A stretch of 62,268 nt of DNA from Eubacteriales bacterium (GTDB lineage Bacteria; Bacillota; Clostridia; Oscillospirales; CAG-272), in contig JAZLIW010000184.1 of assembly GCA_045617585.1 (NCBI GenBank), forward strand, positions 1-62,268, given 5' to 3'. Shown one piece after another: positions 36,162 to 44,254 of this stretch. The notes below the pieces were generated by a model that searched no databases, was not told the origin of the DNA, and saw only the letters and a program-made list of their open reading frames with translations. Each line of letters opens with the position of its first letter. Position 1 is the first letter of the stretch. The translations under genes were made by a program, and so were the position numbers.

Positions 36162-36857
36162 ATGGCTATTAAAGGTAAGAAGTATCAGGACAGCGAAAAG
36201 CTGCTCGACAGAGCAAAGCTCTATGATCCGAACGAGGCGCTTGCTCTCGTTTGCCAGACCGCCAAGGCAAAGTTCGACGAGACCGTCGAGATTCACGTCC
36301 GCCTCGGCGTTGACTCCCGCCATGCTGACCAGCAGGTCAGAGGCGCGGTCGTTCTCCCCAACGGTACCGGTAAAACCGTCCGTACCCTCGTCTTCGCCAA
36401 GGGCGATAAGGCAAAGCTCGCGGAAGAGGCGGGCGCCGATTACGTCGGTGCGGAAGACATGGTCGCCAAGATCACCCAGGAATACTGGTTCGACTTCGAC
36501 GTCGTCATCGCTACGCCCGATATGATGGGTGTCATCGGTCGTCTCGGTAAAATCCTCGGTCCGAAGGGTCTCATGCCGAACCCCAAGGCCGGCACCGTCA
36601 CGATGGACGTCGCCAAGGCCGTCAAGGACGCCAAGGCAGGTAAGATCGAATACCGTCTTGACAAGACCAACATCATCCACTGCCCGATCGGCAAGGCTTC
36701 CTTCGGCGCCGACAAGCTCGCCGAGAACTTCAACACCCTGATGACCGCGATCATCAAGGCTAAGCCCGCCGCTATGAAGGGTCAGTATATCAAGAGCTGC
36801 GTCCTCGCTTCCACGATGGGCCCCGGCATCAAGGTCAACTCTGCGAAGCTCGGCTGA
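36162..36857 (+). CDS. rplA: 50S ribosomal protein L1
   Basis: [11 protein letters not shown]...[12 protein letters not shown]. The ATG at 36162 is 7 nt after AGGAGGAG; the ORF-track ATG at 36156 is only 1 nt after it. Confidence 0.95.
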   Translation: MAIKGKKYQDSEKLLDRAKLYDPNEALALVCQTAKAKFDETVEIHVRLGVDSRHADQQVRGAVVLPNGTGKTVRTLVFAKGDKAKLAEEAGADYVGAEDMVAKITQEYWFDFDVVIATPDMMGVIGRLGKILGPKGLMPNPKAGTVTMDVAKAVKDAKAGKIEYRLDKTNIIHCPIGKASFGADKLAENFNTLMTAIIKAKPAAMKGQYIKSCVLASTMGPGIKVNSAKLG

Positions 36858-36997
36858 TCGGCATTCCGGTCGATCCGATCCGCAGTCAACCAGAAGGCTC
36901 TCAGGAACTTCACGGGTTTTTCCCCGGAAATTCCCGGGAGCCTTTTTGCTCCCGAGAGTCCTTTGTTCCTTCACCGTAACCAAGAGAGGTCATTCCG

Positions 36998-38185
36998 ATG
37001 GATGAAAACAACGTACAAAGAAAAAAAGAACTGAAGCCGTGGCATGGTCTCGTCGGCTACGCCGTGTTTTTCCTGTTCCTGACGCTCGGCTCCGGGTATC
37101 TGACGCAGGTTCTCGGCATCGCCGGGACCGTGATCTCCGAGCTGATCTACGCCGGGATCGCGATCGGCGCCGCCCTGCTCTTCGGCGCGGGGCTCTCCGA
37201 GGTCTTCCCGCTGGAAGCGCCGCGGGTCTCGCGCTTTTTCGGGTCCCTGTTTTTATTCGGCGGGGTCTATTCCCTTTCCCTGTCCGTCTCCATGGTGCTT
37301 CAGTATTTCTTTCCCCAATCCGCCGCCTCCGTCGATCATATCACGACGCTCTTCCGGGACGTGAATCCCGCCGTCGGCGTGATCTGCATGGCGATCGTCC
37401 CCGCGATCTGTGAGGAGCTGCTCTTCCGCGGGTTCCTTCTGTCCTCCGTCCGGAAATGGAAGCCGTGGGCGGCAGTCCTGTTCACCGGCGTCCTCTTCGG
37501 CGCGGCGCATCTGGATATCTTCCGCTTTTTCCCGACCGCGCTGCTCGGGATATTCCTTGCGTATATCGACCTGAAGACCGGCTCGATCTTCCTCGGGATG
37601 CTTTTCCACTTTTTCAACAACCTCTTCTCCGTCCTCTCCCTTTATCTGAACACGGCGGACACCTCGGAGGCGCTCACGACCTTCGGCAATATGCCGTTCG
37701 GTCTCGTGCTTTCCTCCTGCATGGTTCTGCTCTCGTTCGGACTTGTCGGCGGGATCATCGGCTGGTGCGTGCTGAACGACAAAAAGATCACCTTCAAGGT
37801 CCTCATCATCACGGCGGCGTGCAGCATCGGCGTCAGCGTACTCGGCACGTTCTGCGGGACCCTCGGGGTACTTTCCACCTCGAAGATGTATCTCAAGCAG
37901 CTGGACGACACCCGCAGCGAGATCACGGAGGACTTTACCGTCGAGGAAGAGACGCCGTACACCTTCATCTCCTACGGAAGCGCGGTCGGCGGCACGCTGT
38001 CGGTTACGCTGACGGGACCGGAGGGTGAGATCTTCGTTTTAGACGGGACGGTCATGGAAACCCGCCGCCTGACGCTGCCGCCGGGAGACTACTCTCTGTC
38101 CTTCCGGCTGACGCCGGGCGAAGAGCCGAGCGTCTCCGGCAGCTGTTACGCCGCGTCGACCGTCATGGTCGAAAAAGGGTTCTGA
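36998..38185 (+). CDS. CPBP-family (CAAX/Abi) intramembrane metalloprotease with an extra ~100-aa C-terminal soluble domain
   Basis: Motifs EELLFRGFLL, FGAAH and HFFNN. After the last TM comes a non-hydrophobic tail (TEDFTVEEETPYTFISYGSAVGGTLSVTLTGPEGEIF...). Confidence 0.8.
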   Translation: MDENNVQRKKELKPWHGLVGYAVFFLFLTLGSGYLTQVLGIAGTVISELIYAGIAIGAALLFGAGLSEVFPLEAPRVSRFFGSLFLFGGVYSLSLSVSMVLQYFFPQSAASVDHITTLFRDVNPAVGVICMAIVPAICEELLFRGFLLSSVRKWKPWAAVLFTGVLFGAAHLDIFRFFPTALLGIFLAYIDLKTGSIFLGMLFHFFNNLFSVLSLYLNTADTSEALTTFGNMPFGLVLSSCMVLLSFGLVGGIIGWCVLNDKKITFKVLIITAACSIGVSVLGTFCGTLGVLSTSKMYLKQLDDTRSEITEDFTVEEETPYTFISYGSAVGGTLSVTLTGPEGEIFVLDGTVMETRRLTLPPGDYSLSFRLTPGEEPSVSGSCYAASTVMVEKGF

Positions 38186-38215
38186 CGCGCGGATGCGGCG
38201 TTCGTTCACACAGCC

Positions 38216-38257
38216 AAAAAAGCATCGGTCGGAGTTTCCTCCGTCCGATGCTTTTTG
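38216..38257. terminator. Bidirectional terminator between the CPBP and acyl-CoA ligase genes
   Basis: A6, gcatcggtcgga ... tccgtccgatgc, T5. Confidence 0.8.
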
Positions 38258-38273
38258 ATTTTCGTTTCTTCGG

Positions 38274-39992
38274 TCAGTCGATGTGCTTGTCGATCTTGAA
38301 GCGCACGATCTTCTTCGAGGTGTTCTTCTCGAATTCCTCGCGGCGGATCTTGACCTTGCCGACCGCCTTGTAGGAAACCATCCGGGTATTGATCTCCTTC
38401 ACGTTCTTCTCAAAGTAGGAGGCGACCTCCTCCTCGGGAACGCCGTGTGCCTTCAGGTATTCAAAGTCGGGATAGATCTCGGCGACGATGACTTCCTTCT
38501 GCGGGTCGGATCTGCTCTCCCCGGCGTAAACGATGACCTCGTTGACGCCCGGTACGCGGAAGATCTCGGTCTCGATCTCCTCGGGATACACGTTCTTGCC
38601 GTTGGAGAAGATGATCAGGTTCTTCAGGCGTCCGGTAATATAGAGCCAGCCGTCCTCGTCCACCTTTCCGTAGTCTCCGGTCTTGAAGAAGCCGTCCTCG
38701 GTGAACGCCGCCGAGGTCGCGTCGGGATCGTTGAAATACCCGAGCATGACGTTGGTCCCGCGGACGCAGATCTCACCCTCACCGTTCTCGTCGGGATCGA
38801 GGATGCGGATCTCTTCGCCGATGATCGGCGTGCCGACGCTGCCGGATTTCTGGTACTTGTTGCGGTTGCAGGAGATCAGGGGCGCGCACTCGGTGATCCC
38901 GTATCCGTTCAGGATCGTGACGCCGATCCCGTCGAATGTGTCGATGATGTTCTGGTTCAGCGCCGCACCGCCGCAGATGATGAATTCCAGCTTCCCGCCG
39001 AACGCGGAAAGAACGGAGGCGAACAGTTTCTTGCGCATATCGATCCCGACCTTGCGCATCTTGTTGGAAAACGCGATCAGCTTGCGGAGCGCGTCCGCCT
39101 TGCCCTGCTTCTCCGCGTTCGCCCAGATCCGCTTGTAGAAGGTCTCGACGAAGAGAGGCACCAGGACGAGATGCGTCGGCTGGACCTCCTTCAGCTCGTT
39201 CATGATATATTTCAGCCCGTTCGAGATATAGACGCAGCTTCCCTGCGACAGATGCCCGACAAACACGACGGTGGAGCAGAAGGTGTGATGGGGCGGCAGC
39301 GCACAGATCGTGGAGGGCGTGATCGCGAAGTTGTACATGCCCTGTGTCATATCGGTCACGATGTTGGTCGTGGAAAGCATGACGCCCTTGCCCTTGCCGG
39401 TCGTACCCGAGGTAAAGACGATGGAGGCGAGTCGGTCGGGGTCGATCTCGTAATCGTAATAGGTGTTGTCTCCCTGTGTGAAGCGCTCTCCGCCGTCTCG
39501 GATCACGTCCGTGATCGTATAAGCGCCCTCGATATCCGGCTCAGCGTCCGGCGTCATGCAGATAAAGGTGCGCACCGCGGGGATCTCCATCTGCATCAGT
39601 TTTTCCTCCGCGACCTTGGAATAGAACACCACGGACGCCTCGGAAGAGACGATGATGCTCTGCATATCCGGCACGGGAAGCTCCTTATCGATCGGGACGG
39701 TCACGGCGCCGATCGACATCTGGGAGAAATAGGTGACGATCCACTCGTACGAGCTTTCACCGATGATGCAGACGTGTGCGCCGCGGCAGCCGAGCGCGAC
39801 GGAGCCGGTACCGAGATCCCGGCAGTCGTTCTTCAGCCCGGTAAAGGTCACGGTCGTGACCTCGGGCTTGCGCGGGTTCTTTTTGAAGCGCACCGCCGGA
39901 CGGTCAGGATATCTGGCGGCTACGTTTTCGGTCAGGACGCGGAAGTCCCGGAAAACGGTCGTTTCATAGAGCGGATAATTTTTCTTTGCCAT
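38274..39992 (-). CDS. AMP-dependent acyl-CoA synthetase/ligase (long-chain-fatty-acid-CoA ligase-like)
   Basis: AMP-binding motif FTSGTTGKGKGVMLS, plus YGITE and GWLYITGRLKN. Confidence 0.85.
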   Translation of the reverse strand: MAKKNYPLYETTVFRDFRVLTENVAARYPDRPAVRFKKNPRKPEVTTVTFTGLKNDCRDLGTGSVALGCRGAHVCIIGESSYEWIVTYFSQMSIGAVTVPIDKELPVPDMQSIIVSSEASVVFYSKVAEEKLMQMEIPAVRTFICMTPDAEPDIEGAYTITDVIRDGGERFTQGDNTYYDYEIDPDRLASIVFTSGTTGKGKGVMLSTTNIVTDMTQGMYNFAITPSTICALPPHHTFCSTVVFVGHLSQGSCVYISNGLKYIMNELKEVQPTHLVLVPLFVETFYKRIWANAEKQGKADALRKLIAFSNKMRKVGIDMRKKLFASVLSAFGGKLEFIICGGAALNQNIIDTFDGIGVTILNGYGITECAPLISCNRNKYQKSGSVGTPIIGEEIRILDPDENGEGEICVRGTNVMLGYFNDPDATSAAFTEDGFFKTGDYGKVDEDGWLYITGRLKNLIIFSNGKNVYPEEIETEIFRVPGVNEVIVYAGESRSDPQKEVIVAEIYPDFEYLKAHGVPEEEVASYFEKNVKEINTRMVSYKAVGKVKIRREEFEKNTSKKIVRFKIDKHID

Positions 39993-40011
39993 GACAGTAA
40001 CTCCGTTTCGC

Positions 40012-40683
40012 TTATTTGGTGGATTTATTTCTGCGGTGGACCGCCGTAAAGGCGATCAGACGCTTCGCTCCGAGGCAGAGCACGAGCACGAGCGCCCACG
40101 CGATCAGCCACAGAGGAAGAGACAGTTCGAGGATGACCCGATCGGTATAGACCGAAAGCAGTTCGAAAAGGACGAAAGAACAGAGGATCGCCGTGAGATA
40201 GACCGGGAAGACGATCGTCTGCGAGTAGTAAATGAACCGCTTCGTGACGAACCAGCCGAGCACCGCCACAACGGTGATCGCGGAATAGGTCAGGAAAAAG
40301 GAGAGAGGGGAATGAAGGGTAAGCCCCTCGGTGAATACGGTCTGCCGCGGGAAAGCGAGCGCGTACAGATACATAACGGGCATGACCGCGCCGATGCACG
40401 CCGCGATCCAGCGCACGACGTCAAACAGCCGCTCCGAAAAGGACTGCTTTTCCGCGTTCTTCACCAGTTCCCGGCAGAAAGCGTGGTAATCCATGCCGAC
40501 GGTATCGGAAAAGGAAACGCCGCGTTCCTGGCTTTCCAGCGCCATCCCGGCAAGGTCGGACATCAGGTCCTCGTAGACGACCTCGTTGAGCCCGCAGGTG
40601 CCGAGATAATGATACATATCGCGGATCACGCGCCGGTTTTCGGGCGTCAGTGTCCGGAGCGCGTTTTTGAAATCAGAGGTCAC
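40012..40683 (-). CDS. DUF1129-like membrane protein, partner of PadR
   Basis: A soluble N-terminal helical part (LTPENRRVIRDMYHYL...ESQERGVSFSDTVG) is followed by about 4 TM helices. The in-frame GTG at 40683 overlaps the padR end by 11 nt; the ORF-track start at 40770 would lie inside padR. Confidence 0.6.
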   Translation of the reverse strand: MTSDFKNALRTLTPENRRVIRDMYHYLGTCGLNEVVYEDLMSDLAGMALESQERGVSFSDTVGMDYHAFCRELVKNAEKQSFSERLFDVVRWIAACIGAVMPVMYLYALAFPRQTVFTEGLTLHSPLSFFLTYSAITVVAVLGWFVTKRFIYYSQTIVFPVYLTAILCSFVLFELLSVYTDRVILELSLPLWLIAWALVLVLCLGAKRLIAFTAVHRRNKSTK

Positions 40684-41038
40684 TGTTCGTGCTCCTTTCT
40701 CCGCTCTCCTCCGGCTTTTCGCCGACGATCGCGGACGCCGCGCCGGCGATCTGCCGCCAGCAATTCTCAAAGGACGCGAGATATTCGAGCCCGGACGGGG
40801 TCACGGAATAGTATTTCCTTTTCGGTCCGAGCGGGGAGGGGAGAAGCGTGGCGCGGATGCTGCCCTGCTTTTCCAGACGCATCAGGAGCGGATAGATCGT
40901 GCCCTCGGCAAGATCGTCAAACCCGTGCTGCCGCAGATATTCCAGGATCTCGTATCCGTAAGTCGCCTTCCGGCTGATGATCTTCAGAATACAGCCCTCC
41001 AGCATCCCGCGCATCAGCTGGGACTTATCAAACTGCAC
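40673..41038 (-). CDS. PadR-family transcriptional regulator
   Basis: LEGCILKIISRKATYGYEILEYL...GTIYPLLMRLEKQGSI...RKYYSVTPSG. GTG start with an AAGGTG SD. Confidence 0.85.
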   Translation of the reverse strand: MQFDKSQLMRGMLEGCILKIISRKATYGYEILEYLRQHGFDDLAEGTIYPLLMRLEKQGSIRATLLPSPLGPKRKYYSVTPSGLEYLASFENCWRQIAGAASAIVGEKPEESGERSTNSDL

Positions 41039-41072
41039 GGTTCCACACCTTTCTCATCGTAATACACCGTTT

Positions 41073-41101
41073 ATTTTACATCAATCCCGCCCTCTTGTCA
41101 A
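41073..41101 (-). promoter_or_regulatory. Sigma-A type promoter for the padR operon
   Basis: On the minus strand: TTGACA, 17 nt, TAAAAT. Confidence 0.55.
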
Positions 41102-41211
41102 GATAAAGCCGGAAGGACGGGTGATATCTTTACGATTTTTTCATACTTTCATCAAAAAAGTTTTCCCCTGCCGTGTTATAATAATGAAAAAAAGGGAAAG
41201 GAAAAAAGCGG

Positions 41212-41991
41212 ATGAAAAGGTTTCGGGTCATGCGGAAGCGGAGGACGGCACTGCTCCTCCTCGGGATCGCCGTCCTTCTTCTTTTCTGCCCGCTGTTCTC
41301 CCTCGTCGTCAATCTCGGGACCTGGTTCGGAGAGGGGCTGGGACTGCTCCTGATCCTCCTCGCGGTCTTTCTGCCGGATATCAAAAGAATCTTGTCGAAG
41401 ATCGCAAAGAAAAAAGCCGGTAGGATCGTTCTGTCCGTTCTCGGCGCCGTCCTCGTGATCGGCACGGGCTTCGCGCTCGTCCTCGCCGTCCTGATGCTGT
41501 CGCACGCCTTTTTCACGCATCCCGAGGGGAACGAGACGGTGATCGTGCTCGGCTGCCGTGTCCGGGAAAGCGGACCCAGCAAGTCCCTGCGGCGCAGGAT
41601 CGAAGCGGCGGCGGAATACCTGAAGGCGCACCCGGACGCTGTCGCGATCCTTTCCGGCGGGCAGGGCAATGACGAACCGACGTCGGAGGCGGAGGCAATG
41701 TATCTTGCGCTCACCGGGATGGGGATTGACGGGGACCGCCTGATCCTCGAGGACCGTTCCTCAAGCACGGAGGAAAATCTCCGTTTCAGCGCCGAGCTCC
41801 TGCGGGAACGCGGTCTGGGCGGAGAGGTCGCCGTCGTCACCGATTCCTATCACCAGTACCGTGCAAAGCTCTTCGCGGAGAGGGAGGGTCTTACCGCCCG
41901 TCCCGTCAACGCGCAGACGCCGCTCTTCGTTTTCGCAACGTATTTCCTGCGGGATCTTCTCGGCGTCGCCAAGGTCGTCGTTTTCGGCTGA
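41212..41991 (+). CDS. YdcF/DUF218 (ElyC/SanA-like) family protein with N-terminal TM helices
   Basis: VIVLGCRV...RRRIEAAAEYLKAHPDAVAILSGGQG...EAEAMYLAL...ILEDRSSSTEENLRFS...VVTDSYHQYRA. Confidence 0.8.
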   Translation: MKRFRVMRKRRTALLLLGIAVLLLFCPLFSLVVNLGTWFGEGLGLLLILLAVFLPDIKRILSKIAKKKAGRIVLSVLGAVLVIGTGFALVLAVLMLSHAFFTHPEGNETVIVLGCRVRESGPSKSLRRRIEAAAEYLKAHPDAVAILSGGQGNDEPTSEAEAMYLALTGMGIDGDRLILEDRSSSTEENLRFSAELLRERGLGGEVAVVTDSYHQYRAKLFAEREGLTARPVNAQTPLFVFATYFLRDLLGVAKVVVFG

Positions 41992-42039
41992 TCCCGGCAG
42001 AAAAAAGTGAAAAAAGTCCGAAAAATTCAAAAAGCGGGG

Positions 42040-42068
42040 TTGATTTTTTTCACGCCTTATGATAAAAT
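42040..42068 (+). promoter_or_regulatory. Sigma-A type promoter for pgk
   Basis: TTGATT, 17 nt, TAAAAT, preceded by TGA (extended -10). Confidence 0.5.
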
Positions 42069-42118
42069 ACAGAGTGGTTTATCAAAAGATGAATTTATAC
42101 TGATAGAGGAGAAACAAT

Positions 42119-43309
42119 ATGTACAACAAGAAGACCATCGAAGACGTTGAAGTCTCCGGCAAGAAAGTCCTTGTCAGATGCGATTTCAACGTTCCCATGA
42201 AGGACGGCGAGATCACCGACGACAAGCGTATCGTCGAGGCGCTGCCCACCGTCAAGTACCTGAAGGACCACGGCGCACGCGTGATCCTCTGCTCTCACAT
42301 GGGAAGACCGAAGGGCGAGTTCAATATGAAGTATTCCCTCGCTCCCGTTGCCGCCCGCCTTTCCGAGCTGCTCTCCTGTGAGGTCGTTCTCGCGAAGGAC
42401 GTCATCGGAGAAGACGCCAAGGCAAAGGCCGCTGCGCTGAAGGACGGCGAGATCCTCCTGATCGAGAACGTCCGCTTCCACAAGGAAGAGGAAAAGAACG
42501 ATCCCGCGTTCGCTAAAGAGCTTGCCTCCATGGCGGAACTCTACGTCAATGACGCGTTCGGTACGGCACACCGCGCTCACGCTTCCACTGCCGGCGTTGC
42601 GGACTATCTGCCCGCCGTCTGCGGCTATCTGATCCAGAAAGAGATCACCATCATGGGCGGCGCGCTTGCCGATCCCAAGCGTCCGTTCGTCGCCATCCTC
42701 GGCGGCGCGAAGGTCTCCGATAAGATCGGCGTCATCAACAACCTGATCGACAAGGTCGATACCCTGATCATCGGCGGCGGTATGGCGTACACTTTCTTCC
42801 GTGCGTTCGGCAATTCCATCGGCACCTCCATCTGCGAGGAGGATCAGCTTGATCTTGCCCGTTCCCTTGTTCAGAAGGCGAGAGAAAAGAACGTCAACTT
42901 CCTGCTCCCCGTCGATAACGTGATTGCCCGCACCTATGCGGAGGACGCGATCTATATGCGCATCTATTCCGACTCCATTCCGGACGGCTGGATGGGTCTT
43001 GACATCGGTGAGAAGACGCAGGAACTCTTTGCCAAGTCCATCGAGGGCGCCGGCACCGTCGTCTGGAACGGTCCGATGGGCGTTTCCGAATGGGATCACT
43101 TCGCAGGCGGCACGAAAGCCGTCGCAAAGGCGATCGCCGAGAGCGGCGCGATCTCCATCATCGGCGGCGGTGACTCCGCCGCGGCGGTCGAAAAACTCGG
43201 CTTTGCCGATCAGATGACCCACATCTCCACGGGCGGCGGTGCTTCCCTCGAATTCCTCGAGGGCAAGGAGCTCCCCGGGATCGCGTGCCTCAACGAAAAG
43301 GACGCCTGA
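42119..43309 (+). CDS. pgk: Phosphoglycerate kinase
   Basis: [12 protein letters not shown]...[11 protein letters not shown]...[14 protein letters not shown]...GGGDSAAA. Confidence 0.95.
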   Translation: MYNKKTIEDVEVSGKKVLVRCDFNVPMKDGEITDDKRIVEALPTVKYLKDHGARVILCSHMGRPKGEFNMKYSLAPVAARLSELLSCEVVLAKDVIGEDAKAKAAALKDGEILLIENVRFHKEEEKNDPAFAKELASMAELYVNDAFGTAHRAHASTAGVADYLPAVCGYLIQKEITIMGGALADPKRPFVAILGGAKVSDKIGVINNLIDKVDTLIIGGGMAYTFFRAFGNSIGTSICEEDQLDLARSLVQKAREKNVNFLLPVDNVIARTYAEDAIYMRIYSDSIPDGWMGLDIGEKTQELFAKSIEGAGTVVWNGPMGVSEWDHFAGGTKAVAKAIAESGAISIIGGGDSAAAVEKLGFADQMTHISTGGGASLEFLEGKELPGIACLNEKDA

Positions 43310-43325
43310 ACCGAAACCGAACAGG

Positions 43326-43360
43326 ACGGGCTGTTGCTCCAACACGCAACAGCCCGTTTC
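43326..43360 (+). terminator. Hairpin/partial terminator between pgk and tpiA
   Basis: Perfect 12-bp stem acgggctgttgc / gcaacagcccgt, 8-nt loop, then ttcat (weak U-tract). Confidence 0.55.
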
Positions 43361-43418
43361 ATAAGCGCTTTATCCCGCGGGCAAGTCCCGCGTCCCAATC
43401 AGAAAGGAATCGGAAACC

Positions 43419-44186
43419 ATGAGAAAAGAAACGAGAAAAGCCGTCATTGCCGGCAACTGGAAAATGAACATGACCCCCGCTCAGGCGAAGGCGCTGATCG
43501 GCGACCTGAAGCCGCTCGTCGAGGGAAAGAACGGATGCGAGATCATCGTCTGCGTCCCCTTCGTCGATCTTGCCGCCGCGGTCGAAGCGGTCAGCGAGAC
43601 CGCGATCAAGGTCGGCGCACAGAACGTCCACTACGCGGAAAAGGGTGCCTTCACCGGCGAGATCTCCGCGGATATGCTGAAGGAAGTCGGCGCCGAGTAC
43701 GTCGTCATCGGCCACAGCGAGCGCCGTCAGTATTTCGGCGAGACCGATCTCACAGTCAACAAGCGCGTGACCGCAGCGGTCCGTGCGGGTCTGAAGCCCA
43801 TCCTCTGCGTCGGAGAACTGCTCGAGCAGCGGGATCTCGGCATCACGAACGAGATCGTCGCCATGCAGACCAAGATCGCCCTCTCCGGCATCTCCGCCGA
43901 GGAAATGGCGGGAATCATCATCGCGTACGAGCCCGTCTGGGCGATCGGCACCGGCAGGACCGCGACCTCCGATCAGGCCGAAGAGGTCTGCGCCGTGATC
44001 CGTGACGTCCTGAAGGGTCTCTACGGAGAAGCGATCGCCGAGGCGGTCACCATCCAGTACGGCGGTTCCATGAAGCCCTCCAACGCCGCGGAGCTCCTCT
44101 CCAAGGTCGACGTTGACGGCGGGCTGATCGGCGGCGCCTCCCTCGTCGCAAAGGATTTCGCGGCGATCGTCGACGCGGCAAACTGA
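43419..44186 (+). CDS. tpiA: Triosephosphate isomerase
   Basis: IAGNWKMN...VIGHSERR...IAYEPVWAIGTG...YGGS. Confidence 0.95.
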   Translation: MRKETRKAVIAGNWKMNMTPAQAKALIGDLKPLVEGKNGCEIIVCVPFVDLAAAVEAVSETAIKVGAQNVHYAEKGAFTGEISADMLKEVGAEYVVIGHSERRQYFGETDLTVNKRVTAAVRAGLKPILCVGELLEQRDLGITNEIVAMQTKIALSGISAEEMAGIIIAYEPVWAIGTGRTATSDQAEEVCAVIRDVLKGLYGEAIAEAVTIQYGGSMKPSNAAELLSKVDVDGGLIGGASLVAKDFAAIVDAAN

Positions 44187-44196
44187 TAGAACCGAT

Positions 44197-44230
44197 AGAA
44201 CGGCGCCGCGAACCGGAGCCGTTCTTTTTT
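44197..44230 (+). terminator. Rho-independent terminator after tpiA
   Basis: agaacggc ... gccgttct followed by tttttt. Confidence 0.8.
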
Positions 44231-44254
44231 CACTGAAAGGAGGCAGACCGTACG

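Noticed and set aside
36858-36997. L10 (rplJ) leader expected after rplA.
   Set aside because: No rplJ follows, and the interval is short and contains only one hairpin. It is treated as a plain intergenic or terminator region and covered under the synteny-break finding.
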